DNA from: Bugula neritina | Lineage: Eukaryota > Animalia > Bryozoa | Direction: 5' to 3' | Length of the DNA stretch: 64,000 nt | NCBI GenBank assembly: GCA_964035545.1 | Contig: OZ037766.1 | Location: 31,238,773 to 31,302,772 of the forward strand | In this document: positions 39,301 to 52,475 of the stretch, piece after piece | Numbering within the stretch: the stretch's first letter is position 1 | How the letters are laid out: each line of letters opens with the position of its first letter | Program-made: the position numbers and the translations under genes | The notes under the pieces: generated by a model | Told to the model about the DNA's origin: nothing | The model's input: the letters and a program-made list of their open reading frames with translations, nothing else | Databases searched by the model: none

Positions 39301-41095
39301 GTTGGGAAGGAAATGTACATTGTCAGGTCCGGCTTGCTCAAAGTACGAGTTGCAAGTATCATGCGCACCATCAGTTGAAAATATTGTAAATCATTCACAC
39401 AGCTTACCATTTTACATATTATTTGAGTTCGGTTGTCTTGTTTGAGGTTGCCGCTCTTTCTACAGGTCATCACTTTCTTTGCAGGTTATTGACAATAATG
39501 GCAGGATCTTAGCATCGTTGTATGGTGGTTCTGTGTTTGGAGAGATCAGCGTTCTTGAGATACCAGGTTCTACATCTGGGAACCGGAGAATAGCCAATGT
39601 GGTCAGTGTTGGCTACTCCGAGTGTCTTTCACTTTGTAAACAAGACTTGCTGGCTTTACTTCAAGACTACCCTGAAGTAAGTACACCATATGTAGAGTAA
39701 GTACACCATATGTAGAGTTAGTCAACTATATGTAGAGTAAGTCAACTATATGTAGAGTAAGTCAAAAATATGTAGAGTAAGTACACCATATGTAGAGTTA
39801 GTCAACTATATGTAGAGTAAGTCAACTATATGTAGAGTAAGTCAACTATATGTAGAGTAAGTACACTATATGTAGAGTAAGTCAACTATATGTAGAGTGA
39901 GTACACCATATGTAGAGTAAGTACACTATATGTAGAGTAAGTCAACTATATGTAGAGTGAGTACACCATATGTAGAGTAAGTACACTATATGTAAACTAT
40001 GTAAGTCAACCAAACGCTGTAAACCGAGTGAGTTACCCATATGTAGAATAAGTCAACAAGATACGAAGTGGGTATAAACACTAAGTCAACTATAGGTAAA
40101 GTAGGTAACAGTAGGTAATCATATGTAGAGTAAATAGCAGCAAGTTGACCATATGAAGGGTACGTAACAAATTAACTTACTCCAGGACTACCCTACAGTG
40201 AGTAAAATTATCAACTTTTTAACTGCTAAAAACGTTAGACCAATAAGTAAAACTCTCAACAATAAGAGTTATTATTAGCTACTTTAGTCAAACAGCAAAT
40301 GACCTTTGTAACCTTTGATGTCACATTAGCTACTAAAACATTGAAAACCTAATTGAGCAACTTCCCAGCTAACTTTTAAGTGTGAAAAAGTTCTGTGCGA
40401 TATATAGATAAACAGAGTGCTTTCAGGCCAAGTCTCAGATGGTAAAAGAGGGCAAGAAGCTACTGTTGAGAACTCACTCTCATTCTCTAAGACCAAGTTT
40501 AAAATCAGAATATTTAAATGAGGATTCAATAGTTCCAGAAGTAGAAGATTTTGCAGAAACCGATGCTTCTGACTTCAAAGGAAAAAAGAAAGAATGTTCA
40601 GAAATAGAAGCAGTAGAAAGAAGTTGCAATTGTGATTATAGTCCAACCGATGGGCATTCAAATCTATCTCTTTTTGATAGGCAATTGGCCGAAAATCCTT
40701 TGAAGATACAGATTGATAATCTTCTAATTGTGGCTAACGTAAGTATCGTGTGTAAAGGCTTAGTAATACACACACGCACCCGCACAACACACACAACACA
40801 AACACAACACACACACAAGGGCACAAACACCTTTTAATAAAAAACAGAATTGCTGTTGGCAATGTTGCACACAAACGATAAAAAATCCAACTTTCTCTAA
40901 CCTTCTTTTCCTATAAGTTGTTCTGCTTTTATCAGTAAAAATAACCCTGTACAATAGTAGAGTACATACTAATAGTCAGTTATTTATTTGTCTCATGTTT
41001 AGAAAGTATCCAGTCAAATAGACAAGATAACTCAAACATTGGAGAAGGAGACTGGAACTCTGTTGAGAAGATGTCAGAGAATGGAGGCCTCCTGA
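33322..41095 (+). CDS. Cyclic nucleotide-gated cation channel, alpha-subunit-like
   Basis: Phase-consistent exons: 33322-33362 (tentative), 33738-33885, 34061-34179, 34556-34782, 35288-35504, 36397-36611, 37199-37364, 38544-38672, 39153-39342, 39485-39676, 40427-40738, 41003-41095 (TGA). Motifs: DSFLNRF; S4 [11 protein letters not shown]; IHWNGCFYY; pore [19 protein letters not shown]; C-linker WFDY...LPDKLKAQI; [24 protein letters not shown]...FGEISVL...NRRIANV; C-terminal coiled-coil-like segment. Confidence 0.95.
33964..34034. repeat. (GT)n/(GTGC)n compound microsatellite
   Basis: Directly visible in a CNG intron. Confidence 0.95.
39677..39993 (+). repeat. Minisatellite, ~16 copies of a 20-bp unit (gtaagt[ac/ca]a[cc/ct]atatgtaga), degenerate tail to ~40140
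   Basis: The array begins exactly at the GT of the CNG donor site at 39677. Confidence 0.95.
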
Positions 41096-44000
41096 GACTT
41101 AGTACTGTACAACACTGACTATAATAGAGTATTAATTTATATTTACTTCTACAACACAGAGAGCCTACAGAGATAGCCTACAAAGGTTACATTTGCTCTG
41201 CATTATGTAGCTGTTTAGGTAATTCAACTCTTTGATGCCCTCATCACAACCAGATGGACTTCGTTCAGAAGCAAAATAAGTATCAATGAATGGGTAACTT
41301 GATGCTTAAAAATGACGATGACTTTTTAAAACTTCTCTTAATTATGTTCTTATTTATCACTGTATACAAGGTTTCAACTTTTCCATTATTGTAGTGCATT
41401 ATGGTGTTCAGTCAGTAAAAAAACTGGAAAAGTCAAGATATATGTACAACAATGATAACATGCTTTAGAGATACGCAGTTCAAACATAAATACTTTGTAA
41501 TTTTAAAACTACCCTGGGTCTTTATCAGCATATTATTTAGATTATGATCTGCCCTTCCCATATGTTGTGCAAACATGGGTGAAGCTTATATATAACATGC
41601 AGACTAAGGAATCTCATGAATTACTAAAGGCCAAAGTGCAAGCTATGCTTCCTTACTGCATGTGTCAACAGGCGGCACAAACTTAATCGCCTGATATTGC
41701 TTCCTTGTAATGAGTGCAGGTCTTTTTGGACCAAACAAGTATTGTTGAAGATTTAATATAACATTATAGTTGATTGTAAAAACTGGGAATCTCTTTGGAA
41801 AAAACAGGTCTTTTTTATGTATATAACATCGTGATTGGATTAAGCATGAGAGCGACCCATGTGAGATAACATACGAAATTGCACTCTAGCTGGTAACATT
41901 ATAGTAGTTAGGTTTACCAAGCAGAGCCTGGGTATCATAAAACTAACAGTAGTGCTTCTTGATTTCATTGCATGCTATTCTCAGATGTTGGAACACAGTT
42001 TATTCACTCCACTGGTTCAAACGTTTACACTTTAAACAAAAATATCATCAGCATGAGCACGAAATGAATTATAGAGCAAAATTGCCTCAACATATACACC
42101 TCGAACAGTATTTGTAAATGACAGCTAAGATATATGAATATCCTAATATTTTGTAACTGAAGTGTGTCAAGGTCTCTTTAAAGCAAGACACCCAGGTTCT
42201 ACAGAAGCTACAGAGTATATGTATGTGTTTGGGGCTAGCAGATGTATGCTTTACTTTCTACTATGATGTAAAACTTTTGAGCTGAGAAAACAATTGGTGA
42301 TTTTCTTGAGAGCTGGTTTATAACTTTCTTAAGTTATGTTTATATATTGGCAAGTTTTTACATTAAAACAATATTCAGCATAAAGTGGCGGATGACAATT
42401 TGATGGAAGGAATATACGTTTACCAGCTGTAAAAATATAGTAAAGCAAATGGTGAGACAAGTTTATTTATGGTCTTCTGTGTAATTTCAGAGCAACTTAA
42501 TGTATCAACAGCAACAGGTATAGAAATTAGCTTTGGTTTGCCATTCTTATTGCATTCTCATCCGTCATGGCAACACCACTAAATAACATACTTATTTTCT
42601 TTGTTCACTTTTTTAAAGGAAGTTCAATAATAATAAAGGTTTCACAAAAGTATATTTTTCTCCAGTAGGAAAAATATTTCAACCCAAATGAGCATACAAT
42701 GAGTAAAGTTGGCAGAATATCTGAATACTCTTGTAAGACTTTACTAGTGTACCCGTAGTATATGTCAGCTTTGCTGTCATGCCATACTTTTCTAAAGTTA
42801 TGCTGATAAGCTGTTGACTTTCGTTATCTATCTACCATAACAGCAACTTTCATACAATCATTCTTACTTAGAAAATTTTGAGGTAATAATTATACCTACT
42901 ATGACTATTTGGATATTCCATCTTCCACACACCATACACCTGTAAAGATGTGTGATTGATTGCTAATGAACACTACTTGCTCTTATAAATCACATGTCAC
43001 TTGGATTGCGAAGCTGGTGAGTTGCAACTATATAATATTACACTTCAATCTCTTATAAGTTATTGTTTGAGTTTTTTATTGTGTTGGATTTAAAAGTAAA
43101 TAAATAAAATTTAAAATTTAAGTTACACAGTTTTCTCTACAGGAGCAACTATATAGTTGTTAAAGCTTCTATACAAATTAAATTCTATAGTGAGTTACAT
43201 ATTTTATTTTATTTTTTATGTTATTTATTTTATTTCATAAGTTTTATTTTTAGTTGTTAATCAATAGGGTGAATACTGATTATTATAACTATTATGATAT
43301 AGGCAGAAAGTATTTGCCAGGAGACAATAACTTAAAATACAACTCACATAAAAAACTCACACGAGTTTAGAGTCACTTATAGTGCTGTGAGAACTCCTGA
43401 TATAGAAAGGGTTTTTAAAACAGGCTATAAGGTACTTTTTGCGATGTGACAGAGTAACTATAATAACTGAATACTCTGTGGGTGATAGGACTCTAACCAC
43501 TACACCATATAGCTGCTTCCAAGTTAGAAACTCTAAGCCATTACCAGGATTGGTTTGTAAATGCACAGCCCTGCAGTAATTAATGACTGCCAGAACTTAA
43601 ATTTAAACAAGATGCATTTTCTAAAGTCAAAGCCTTGAATAAACAAATTTTAATATTAATATACTCAACATGCATTTGCATTTAAAAAATGACTTTACAT
43701 CATAATTGCTGAAAGCACTAACGGCTTTGAGTAAGGTCTTTCTAGCATCGCATTTAAGTACTTATATGACCAAATATTTTTCATTTTTTGAAACTTTGTC
43801 CCTTTATAGTCAAAGTCTTTTTTTCCTACCAACCTACCTTTGTTTATGATCAGTGTTAGTTTTATGTTATTCCCATAGGCAAATGTGTCTATATAAGACA
43901 TTAGAGGCGTAAAATTCTGTCAAAGCTACATGCCTATCTATAGCACAAAAAATAAAATGGTTGTTGCTCTTCTACCTTCAATCACTAAATCAGATAGTCG

Positions 44001-44757
44001 CTTTATTTAAGGAGCCTTTATGAAACTATTGACCTTAGGTTGCTGATATCAATCAAATCCTTTAGCCCAGGGCATATTCAAATATTTACATTGTTACTTG
44101 TAGCGAAGCTAGTAGTAGTAGTGTTACATATAGTAGTAGAAGTGTTACTAGTAGTAGTAGTGTTACTAGTAGTATAGTAGCTAGTGTGCTACTAGCTGTG
44201 ATATCATTGTGTGTTTTAATCAGTCTGGCTGAGCAGTATGTCAGCTATACATCTAATACTTCTGAGAACTGTTAGCAAACTTGCCTTCTTACTTGCGTGT
44301 CATTCTTTTTTACCATCCTTGAGCCCAGTAGCATGTTTGCTCGATTCTATCAGTTATTATATTAAGTCAGATCTTAAGTTTGTATGCACTAAGATTTCCC
44401 AGTAGCTCCCCCCTTTAGTGTAATATAGTTAACATGCTGACTCGCAAGTTAAAAGTCAAAAGTTCGATTTCCTGTGGATTAATGATGTTATATGTTATTT
44501 TGACCTTGAACTTTGCATATTAGTACGTACTACACTGTTAGGAAACTGAAGGGTTGGTGGAGCCCATGAACAGATAGAGTAGAAGAGAGCGGTTCTAGAG
44601 AGTGTAATGGTCATATTGTAAGTCGAAGAGCTTTTGCTGTGGCAGAAAATTTTAGAATCTATATATAGAGCAACTTGATGAAATAAATATACACAGCTGC
44701 AGTGTGCTTCCTTTTAACATTTACACTAAAAAAACATTTTTATTTTCTAAAGTTTAA

Positions 44758-45100
44758 GCCTAGGGCCACACGGTGCGTATTTTCGCATGAGAAAATTGAA
44801 ACCACAAGTAGCAAAGGTGTCCACTGTGCGCGTTGAGAAAACATTCGCACTTGTCGCCCTGCATTTTCAACGCAAGTGCGAATCGCCTCTGTCGTCGTCA
44901 CCTAATTGGCTGTTAGTTATTTAGCGAGCCCAATTTCTTTATTTAGTGCTACATTCCAGTAAATTGCGTTTAATTGAAAGCGAGTGCGATTTAAAAATGA
45001 AAGCTTTATTTATCACGCATCACTGACGCTACAGTGGACACCTTTGCTACTTGTGATTTTAATTTTCGCATGCGAAAATACGCACAGTGTGGCCCTAGGC
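44758..45100. mobile_element. MITE, PIF/Harbinger-like (343 bp)
   Basis: ~75-bp near-perfect TIRs: gcctagggccacacggtgcgtattttcgcatgagaaaatt...acaagtagcaaaggtgtccactgt and its reverse complement ending gtgtggccctaggc. Flanks are taa and tta (TWA-type target). Confidence 0.85.
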
Positions 45101-46233
45101 TTACAGTATATAATATTTCCTCTATTGCGCTGCAGATATGCACAAGTTGTAGCTAAATATTGTCCCATACATATATTGTTAAGTATTGCAAACACTGTGA
45201 GAGCTCATGTCACTGCTTGCCCCAGAGAGAGAGTGACACTTTAGTATACTGTGAGCCACATTAAGCTGATTTGTCATGTAAACAATTTACATGCTGTCAA
45301 TATAACAGGAAGGATTTGCTGATGATGGGGTCTCAAACCACATTTAATCCTTTAATTAGAATGTGTAGACAACTGCTCTTACTCTTTAGCCATACAAATC
45401 TGCAAAACCTCTTACTTGCAGACAACTCTCTATTATAAATTATTGTTGTCTGAGCTGGTTATCAGGAAAGAAGAGAACTCCAAAATATTGTGTTCAAATT
45501 CTGTTATTTAACATATTATATTACTATACTATATATACTACTTACTATTATATACTATACTATCTACTATATTACTATATACTATACTATAATATACTAT
45601 ACTACTATACTGTACAGTAAGAGCTTAAATTAGATTTAAAGATAAGAAGCATTTTCATCAAAAAACTTAGGTATACAATATTTGTGTATATGATGCAATA
45701 ACTTTTGTAGTACAAAACTACTATAAAATAGAGTATTACAGATACTATTGCATGTTAATACACCAGTTTTTTTTTAAGAATTGGTGTAAATTATATTTTT
45801 TTAAACAAATAAGTGAACTAGTTATATGCTAAAAGGCCATTTATTTTAGTCTTTTAAATAAATTCAACCAACTCATTTTTGCTCAAACAATAATTGTTTG
45901 CATTAGCCTAAAATCAAGATACTTGGTGATTTTAGTACAATCTTATCATCATTTTATATAACTTATAGTTTAATGTTATTATCTGGGTGATTTTATCATG
46001 ATGCCAATAAAGAATTAAATGAACTTACTCATTTGTCTATACACTGGTGAGCTCATTTATGCTTTAGCTTTAAAATAAACTAACAAATAATTGTATAGCA
46101 TTTTTAAACCAGTACTTGTATCTAACCTTTTTTAGGTCATATACTTATATATGCTGCCAAAGTAATAGAGTAGTACTATATGGGGTCTTTCTAACCTATT
46201 ACTAGACAAAAATCACACACTATACCAATAAGG

Positions 46234-49200
46234 ATGTCGGAGGACATTAGACACTGTGGGAATAATGTGGTAGGTATGCTTACAATTTTGCAGCTAACTT
46301 TTAATGACTATTCATGTCATTCATTTTATAGTTAAGCGATATACCATAATAAGCTTGCAAACTGTGAATAATAACTGCGACTAAGTGGTCCCATTATTGA
46401 TATTGAGCTTTAAAGTTGTTACTTGACTTGCATTTCATAACCGTGTTTGAAGCACCAAGCAATCAGTTTTAGTTTGCCAGTGCAAGATAGTTTAACATCA
46501 AGCTTGATAATGATAGCAGACTTATATGGCTAGTTATTTGGTTGCCTGAATGACTGACTGACTTACTGAGCAACACCTGCTGACTATTTAACTGACTGAA
46601 TGACTGCAGCTGAATGGCTAACTGACTGGCTAACTGACTAATTTATTAGATGGCTGACCAACAGGCAAACTGATTGCAAACAAGTGTAAGGCCACACTAA
46701 GCGGAATTCCGAGTGTGAAACCGCATCTACTGCTAGGGTTACCCGCTACACACAACACGTTGCCAGCGAGAGCAAAGCTCATGTGACCATGCAATTACAT
46801 GCATTTACCAATAACTTTACTGCCCCTGCATGATTATTTATTTTTGAATCTCACTTGCTATTCTCAATATAATGCAAAATTTATTTGAAATATAAAATAA
46901 AAGTTAGCCACAATAAGTGGGCTCGCTAAATTACAATGCCATTATAGAAATTTTTTCACATTGTCTGTTTAGAATTTTCAAACTTAGTACAAAGAAACCC
47001 AGTTTTCTCTTTTCTAAAATCTTTATTAGCAGCCAGAATGGATATTAGCTTAGTGTTATAGTTCTGCGCTAATTTTAAATGGAACAGGTAAATAAAAATA
47101 TTACCAATACAGCTATTTTTGTGATTTATAGAACTACAGGCGTCAGCAACATGAAGGAGCTCACTACCGACAGAAAGGTGTTTCCCAGGATGTGTCTAGA
47201 GTACGTAGAATTTACGTCATTTTCATAAATCTATATTAATTTCTAAAATTTAGTAAATTAAGCTAAAAGTACTAAACACTTATTTGTTATATACTTTAAT
47301 GTTTTTTCCTAGCGCAATAAATTTTTGTTTATTTCTCTTTGGTAGCTGAGGAGCTTCAAAAGTATCAAACAAGTAAAAACATAAGGTTTTTCCAATTATT
47401 AGCTATTAGAGTGTCATTTACCTACTATGTTCATTTTTGTAAACTAAGCTTGTCATGTTTCACAAAGATGCTAGTCACTAGGCATCAAAAACAATAGTTT
47501 TGTTAAAACTCAAAAAGATTGCTGGCGCTAATATAGGTTTTTTTACACCAAAGACTTTAACGGCACTTACTTATCTGCTGGTTCTCGTTTTAAATGTTGT
47601 TTTTTTACTAGCACGTTAACTTTTTCTTATTCCAAAAATCAAAGTAAATAGTCTGATTTTAATTACTTGTTGGTAAAACTGTCTAGGGGGAATCTGGATT
47701 CTGCGATGACTCAAACACATCTCAGTCAGACTCAGTTGTGTCTTCTGCTAGTAATCACTTCAGTACCGGAAGGACAGGACATGAGGTTAGTATTAAAAAA
47801 ATAATAAAATAACACTTAAAATCAACTATGAATTAACAATTTTGCCTAATATAAATACAGCATATTTTGTTTTTTACTTAACAAGTCAAATTGTTAAAAA
47901 ACCAATAATCAATTTGTACTGTAACAGCTGGGAGAGACTTTTAATTTTGTTATTTATCGAAAAGAGCACAGCTTTTGTCCTACACGCATGCACGCACGCA
48001 CATGATTGTACTAAATAATTTTGTGACTATAACTAATGCTTCTCTACTTCACCAGTTTTAGTGATGAACAAATATTTATAAATCACAGAAACTTAATAGT
48101 ACTCATACCGTTGCACTACAACTTTCAAATTTATAGCAACTAAAACACTCTGAACATTTATACATCAATACATACTGTGAGATATTTACACAGGAGGATT
48201 CTGGTTGCCACTTACAACTTCGCTGCAGCAACTCTCTGCAATCAGTTTCAACAAATGAAGACGCAGCTGCCGAGAAGTCTGTTGCTGCCAGGGCTAGTGA
48301 TGTCAGCAACAGCAATGAGTCAGAAGATCAGATGGTGACAGCTGCTGAGATGTCTGCTGCTGCTGCTGTTAGGGCTAGCGATGAGTCAGAAGATGTCAGC
48401 AACAGCAATGATTCAGAAGATACATTGTCTACAAACAATGCTGTTGAAGAGGTCACCAGAGCTAAACCTCTATGTGACAAATTTGAGCTCATAAATTTGC
48501 CATTGCCTTTGGTAAGCTCGAAAAATCTACAGCAATTGTTTAAACTGTGATATGGCTTATTTAGACCTGATACTTAAAATTTACAATAATATAATATGAT
48601 ATTCCTATGTGCATGCATCTAAATAAAGTTGTCAAAAGCTTTTATATTCAACTTAAATTTCAGTAAAAGTTGCAAAACAAGTTACTCGGTATGAAGGAAT
48701 TGTTAGCTCAAAAATTTTGATTTTTTAAGCAAAATGTTCTGTTGCACAATTGAGTTCTATGTTAATTGTGTTTATTGATAGATTGCCTTCCAAAAAGCTG
48801 AAGTTGCTGTAAGCTATAGCAGTGTTGATGGTCAAGAAGAGAAAAACATGGAGTCTGCCTGCATGACAAATGCCACCAAGTCTCGAGATCAATCAACTTA
48901 CTTTCAGCAGATGAATGACAATGACAATGACAATGACAAAGTTTCAGAAGTAGAAAAACTTATTGGTTTGAGTTTTTTGGATGCTGATTTCAGCCTTTCT
49001 TCATCGAGCAATGAAAACAAAATGGTAAAATTTAAGTTTATTTTAACAACAAAGATTCAAATTCAAATGTGATTTTTTAAACTTTTTAGCCAAGTTTTCA
49101 GTTACTTGCTTAAATTCTGTTTTCAATATGTAAGTCTACTTTTAGGGGCAAACATTTATATTTTAGAAAATGAGTGATCTTGCCACAAAATCGATAAAGC

Positions 49201-52200
49201 CTCATTACAGTGAAGAGATTTTCTCGGATAAGAAAATCAATAACATTCAAAACCACAAGAAAAAATCTCACAAAGATGAAATCGAAGTGATTGCAGTATG
49301 TCTATAACTGCCTTCTAATGTTGTATCACAGAAATTGCATATGCTACAGTTATTATATACATGTCTCTCTATTGAGTAGTGATGAAACCTTTTATTTCAA
49401 AAATGCAATGACGGTAACCGTTGAAATTTTTGTTTCAGCAAAACTAGAAAAATTTAAAAAGTTAATTCAATAAGGATGTAATTGCATATGTAAAGATTCA
49501 ACATTTATTATATTTATTATGATAGGCTACCTGTTGCATAGAAAGTGATTGTATTTAAGAATCATATTTTGAAGAAACTACCTACACCGTTAATGTTGGA
49601 TGAAGGAGAGATTACAATTTCATGTGAAACAAAATTTGTTTTAAGTAAATTAAACTCAGTAGGCTAAGTGTTACAAAAAGTTATTGATAAGTTATCATCT
49701 TTTTATACTTATTTAAAAAGCAGTAGGTTTTTAATGTTATAAACAGATTAAAAGAAAACTGCTGCAATAGTGAAAGTTTCACTTTTACCAGATTACGAGC
49801 CGATTGTTGGAATGGAAGAAGTTGATCAAAGGACACAATGAAATGCTCACAGGAGGGTCCATTAAAATAATATATTTGCAGGTAAATCAGCTTGCGTTTT
49901 GAAAAGCAAATACCATTAAAATATATATGTAATTGTCTACAAAAAAATTATAAGCTGGTTTTATGCACTATTATTGTAAACACACCCTTATATTTTGTAG
50001 GCTCTAGAGATAATCAGTAAATTCTCGTTAGAGAAAACAAGTGCAGCAGATGCCATATCAAGATCTAATGACGTACACTCAGCAAAAAAAGTAACAAAAA
50101 AAGCTACAGCCGAGAATGGTGATAATTATAGGCACAACAAAGTTGAGTGCAAGGAGACATCTTCTTCAACTGCTCAAGGCAAGGGAACAAGACATGCTAC
50201 ATCTACTGATGATGCTTTTGATACGAAGAAAGGTAGTCTTTCTGGTGTAAAACTAAACAAGACAAGCTCTGCCCACGCAACTGCTTATGTTTATGAGAAG
50301 CAGAAGACTGCTTTATCTGACACAAAGCAAGAAACTTTTCTCTCAGCTGACAGCATTTCAACCACACAGGATGGTGAGGCAAGTCCTAGTGAAAGAATAA
50401 CTACTGATTGGGTCATAATAAGTGCCGATCTAGTTAGAAGAGATAAAACAGTTTCTTCATCAACTAACAGCTGTTCGTCTGCACCAGATTGGGAGAAAAG
50501 TTCTGTGGTAAAGACCAGTCGTGCTGATGAGATACAGGATGCTAGTGTGGTTGGACTAGAAGAGCCAGGATCCATTTCAGATGCATCTCTTCCATCTGCA
50601 CTGAGGAGAAAAACAAGCTCTGCAGTTCAATCGACTGCTAACGCACTAGAGACAAAATTAAATTCTGTTGAATTATCTGCTAATGCTGATACAAAGGAAT
50701 TAAGTTCTGGTTCAGTTAAAACTAGTGAACCACGTCTTTCAACTCAAGAAGTTTTACCCAGAGGAGAAGAAAAAATGACTTTTGATAAAGATCAAGTTTC
50801 TACAATCTTTAACAATGCTGAGACAATGGCTTTTGATAAAAGTATAAAAAGATTTGCTCACCCCCATATGATGACCTTCTTTCCTGGAAACTCTGACAAC
50901 ATTTTAAAGGTACTGTGAATAAGGAAAAAACTAATCTAATGCGTTCTCACAAAAATGAAATTTATGAGACTTGGAGTTTTAAAAAGCCAAACCTTTTTTA
51001 TACATCAGCTTATATACATGAAACTATGTATAACTAAATTTAGGATACTTTAAACTATTTAGCATAGGAATAAAAATAAAACGAAATAAGTTAAATGCTC
51101 AATTGTTTCTAACTATGTAAGCTTTATCTTGTAAATTACACTCTGAATATAAAGCATTATTTTGTAGAGCATGACATCGGAACTTAGTTACCCTGGTAAG
51201 TAGAATATTGTTTAAAATGCATTTGGTAATGTTTGCTGGCTGCAATCTCAACTTAATTAGTTTGTCTCTCTACTTGTTCCAATTTTTATTGAATTTCTTA
51301 TAAATAACTTAAATAAATACAATTGAATGTGTAAGATATCTTCTTTTAGAAAGCTGCTCGAAATTTCTATGAAATTAAGATAAAACAGCTTTTTCATATT
51401 ATCTGTAGACTTATGGGAGCTCTTCCGGTTGTATCACTCAGAGGGTTCCCAAGACCCAATTTCTGTTTACATGGTAGTAAGTACTGTACAACATGTGCTT
51501 TTCTCTACTAGATTTTGAATGTCAAAATGCAACTATGACATTATAAAAAGACTTCAACTACTATGAATTAAAGTGATTATTTCTTGGTGCGAGTTGCCTA
51601 CGTTATGTTTTTTAAACACTTTTTACAATCCACAAAATAGAATATTCATACTGTGATAGTGGCTGGTGCTACCGTGTACTTTTGGTGATAAATTCCTTTT
51701 TATAAAGTTTATTTGGTCTATCTGAAAAATTATGTTGTTTTCTTCTGGCCAGCCAGCATATACAACGATTTGGTTTCATTGTTTATATTGGCTGTAGAGA
51801 AATGGAAGAAATGCCAATCAACAAGAAGGGGTGGAGGAAGAAGGTGGAGGGGGAGGTGGAGGGGAAGGAATACCAGATGATGAACATGAGTTTCAGCCGA
51901 ACAGTGTTCAAGTCACTGATGGTGAATATGAAGGTGGAGGTGGAGGTGGAGAGGAAGATAGTGTTCAAGTTAGTGATGATGCACCACCCTTACCCGTTGA
52001 AGATGAAGACAACCTCCATATGGATGATGAAATTGCAGAAGCCCAAATAGAGCAAGCAATGGATGACTATCAACCTGCTATCAACTTTCAAATCACGCCC
52101 CTCTCTCATGACATCAGGTTCTCCGAACTTGCAGAGCTAGGTATGTTGTAACTTGCAGAGCTAAGTATGTTGTAACTTGCTACTGAGAAAAAGTGTCAAA

Positions 52201-52475
52201 ACAACTTGAATATTTAAACTAGTGAATGAATTTAGTATTTTAAAAAGCCCTGTTTAATTATAGATCTATAACATATATATGTATATTTGTGCAGTCTGGT
52301 ATACAACCATAACGTTCATATTGCAGATACCAACCATAGGATTACACTAAGAATGGCAGCTTTCAACCAGGGCTTTGCATCTGATGAAGTAGAGGTAGAA
52401 GAAGATGGAGGTGCTTCAACAGCAGACAGAGAGACAGATGCTAGGGAGAGAGAGGATTACTCCACTCCTGACTAA
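46234..52475 (+). CDS. Orphan Ser/Thr/acidic low-complexity protein, copy A (~826 aa)
   Basis: Twelve GT-AG exons join without stops: 46234-46269, 47132-47200, 47687-47785, 48194-48511, 48782-49024, 49167-49295, 49792-49881, 50001-50909, 51168-51195, 51409-51476, 51798-52140, 52327-52475. Most exon boundaries are conserved in the downstream paralogue. No domain recognised. The first exons and the last junction are uncertain. Confidence 0.75.

Noticed and set aside
39677-39993. Regular arrays (also 278-600) considered as CRISPR-like
   Set aside because: The units are contiguous with no unique spacers, there are no cas genes, and the context is a eukaryotic intron.
44501-44509. Perfect NR5A/ERR response element TGACCTTGA
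   Set aside because: A single 9-mer is expected by chance in 64 kb, and it is far from the receptor gene with no clustering.
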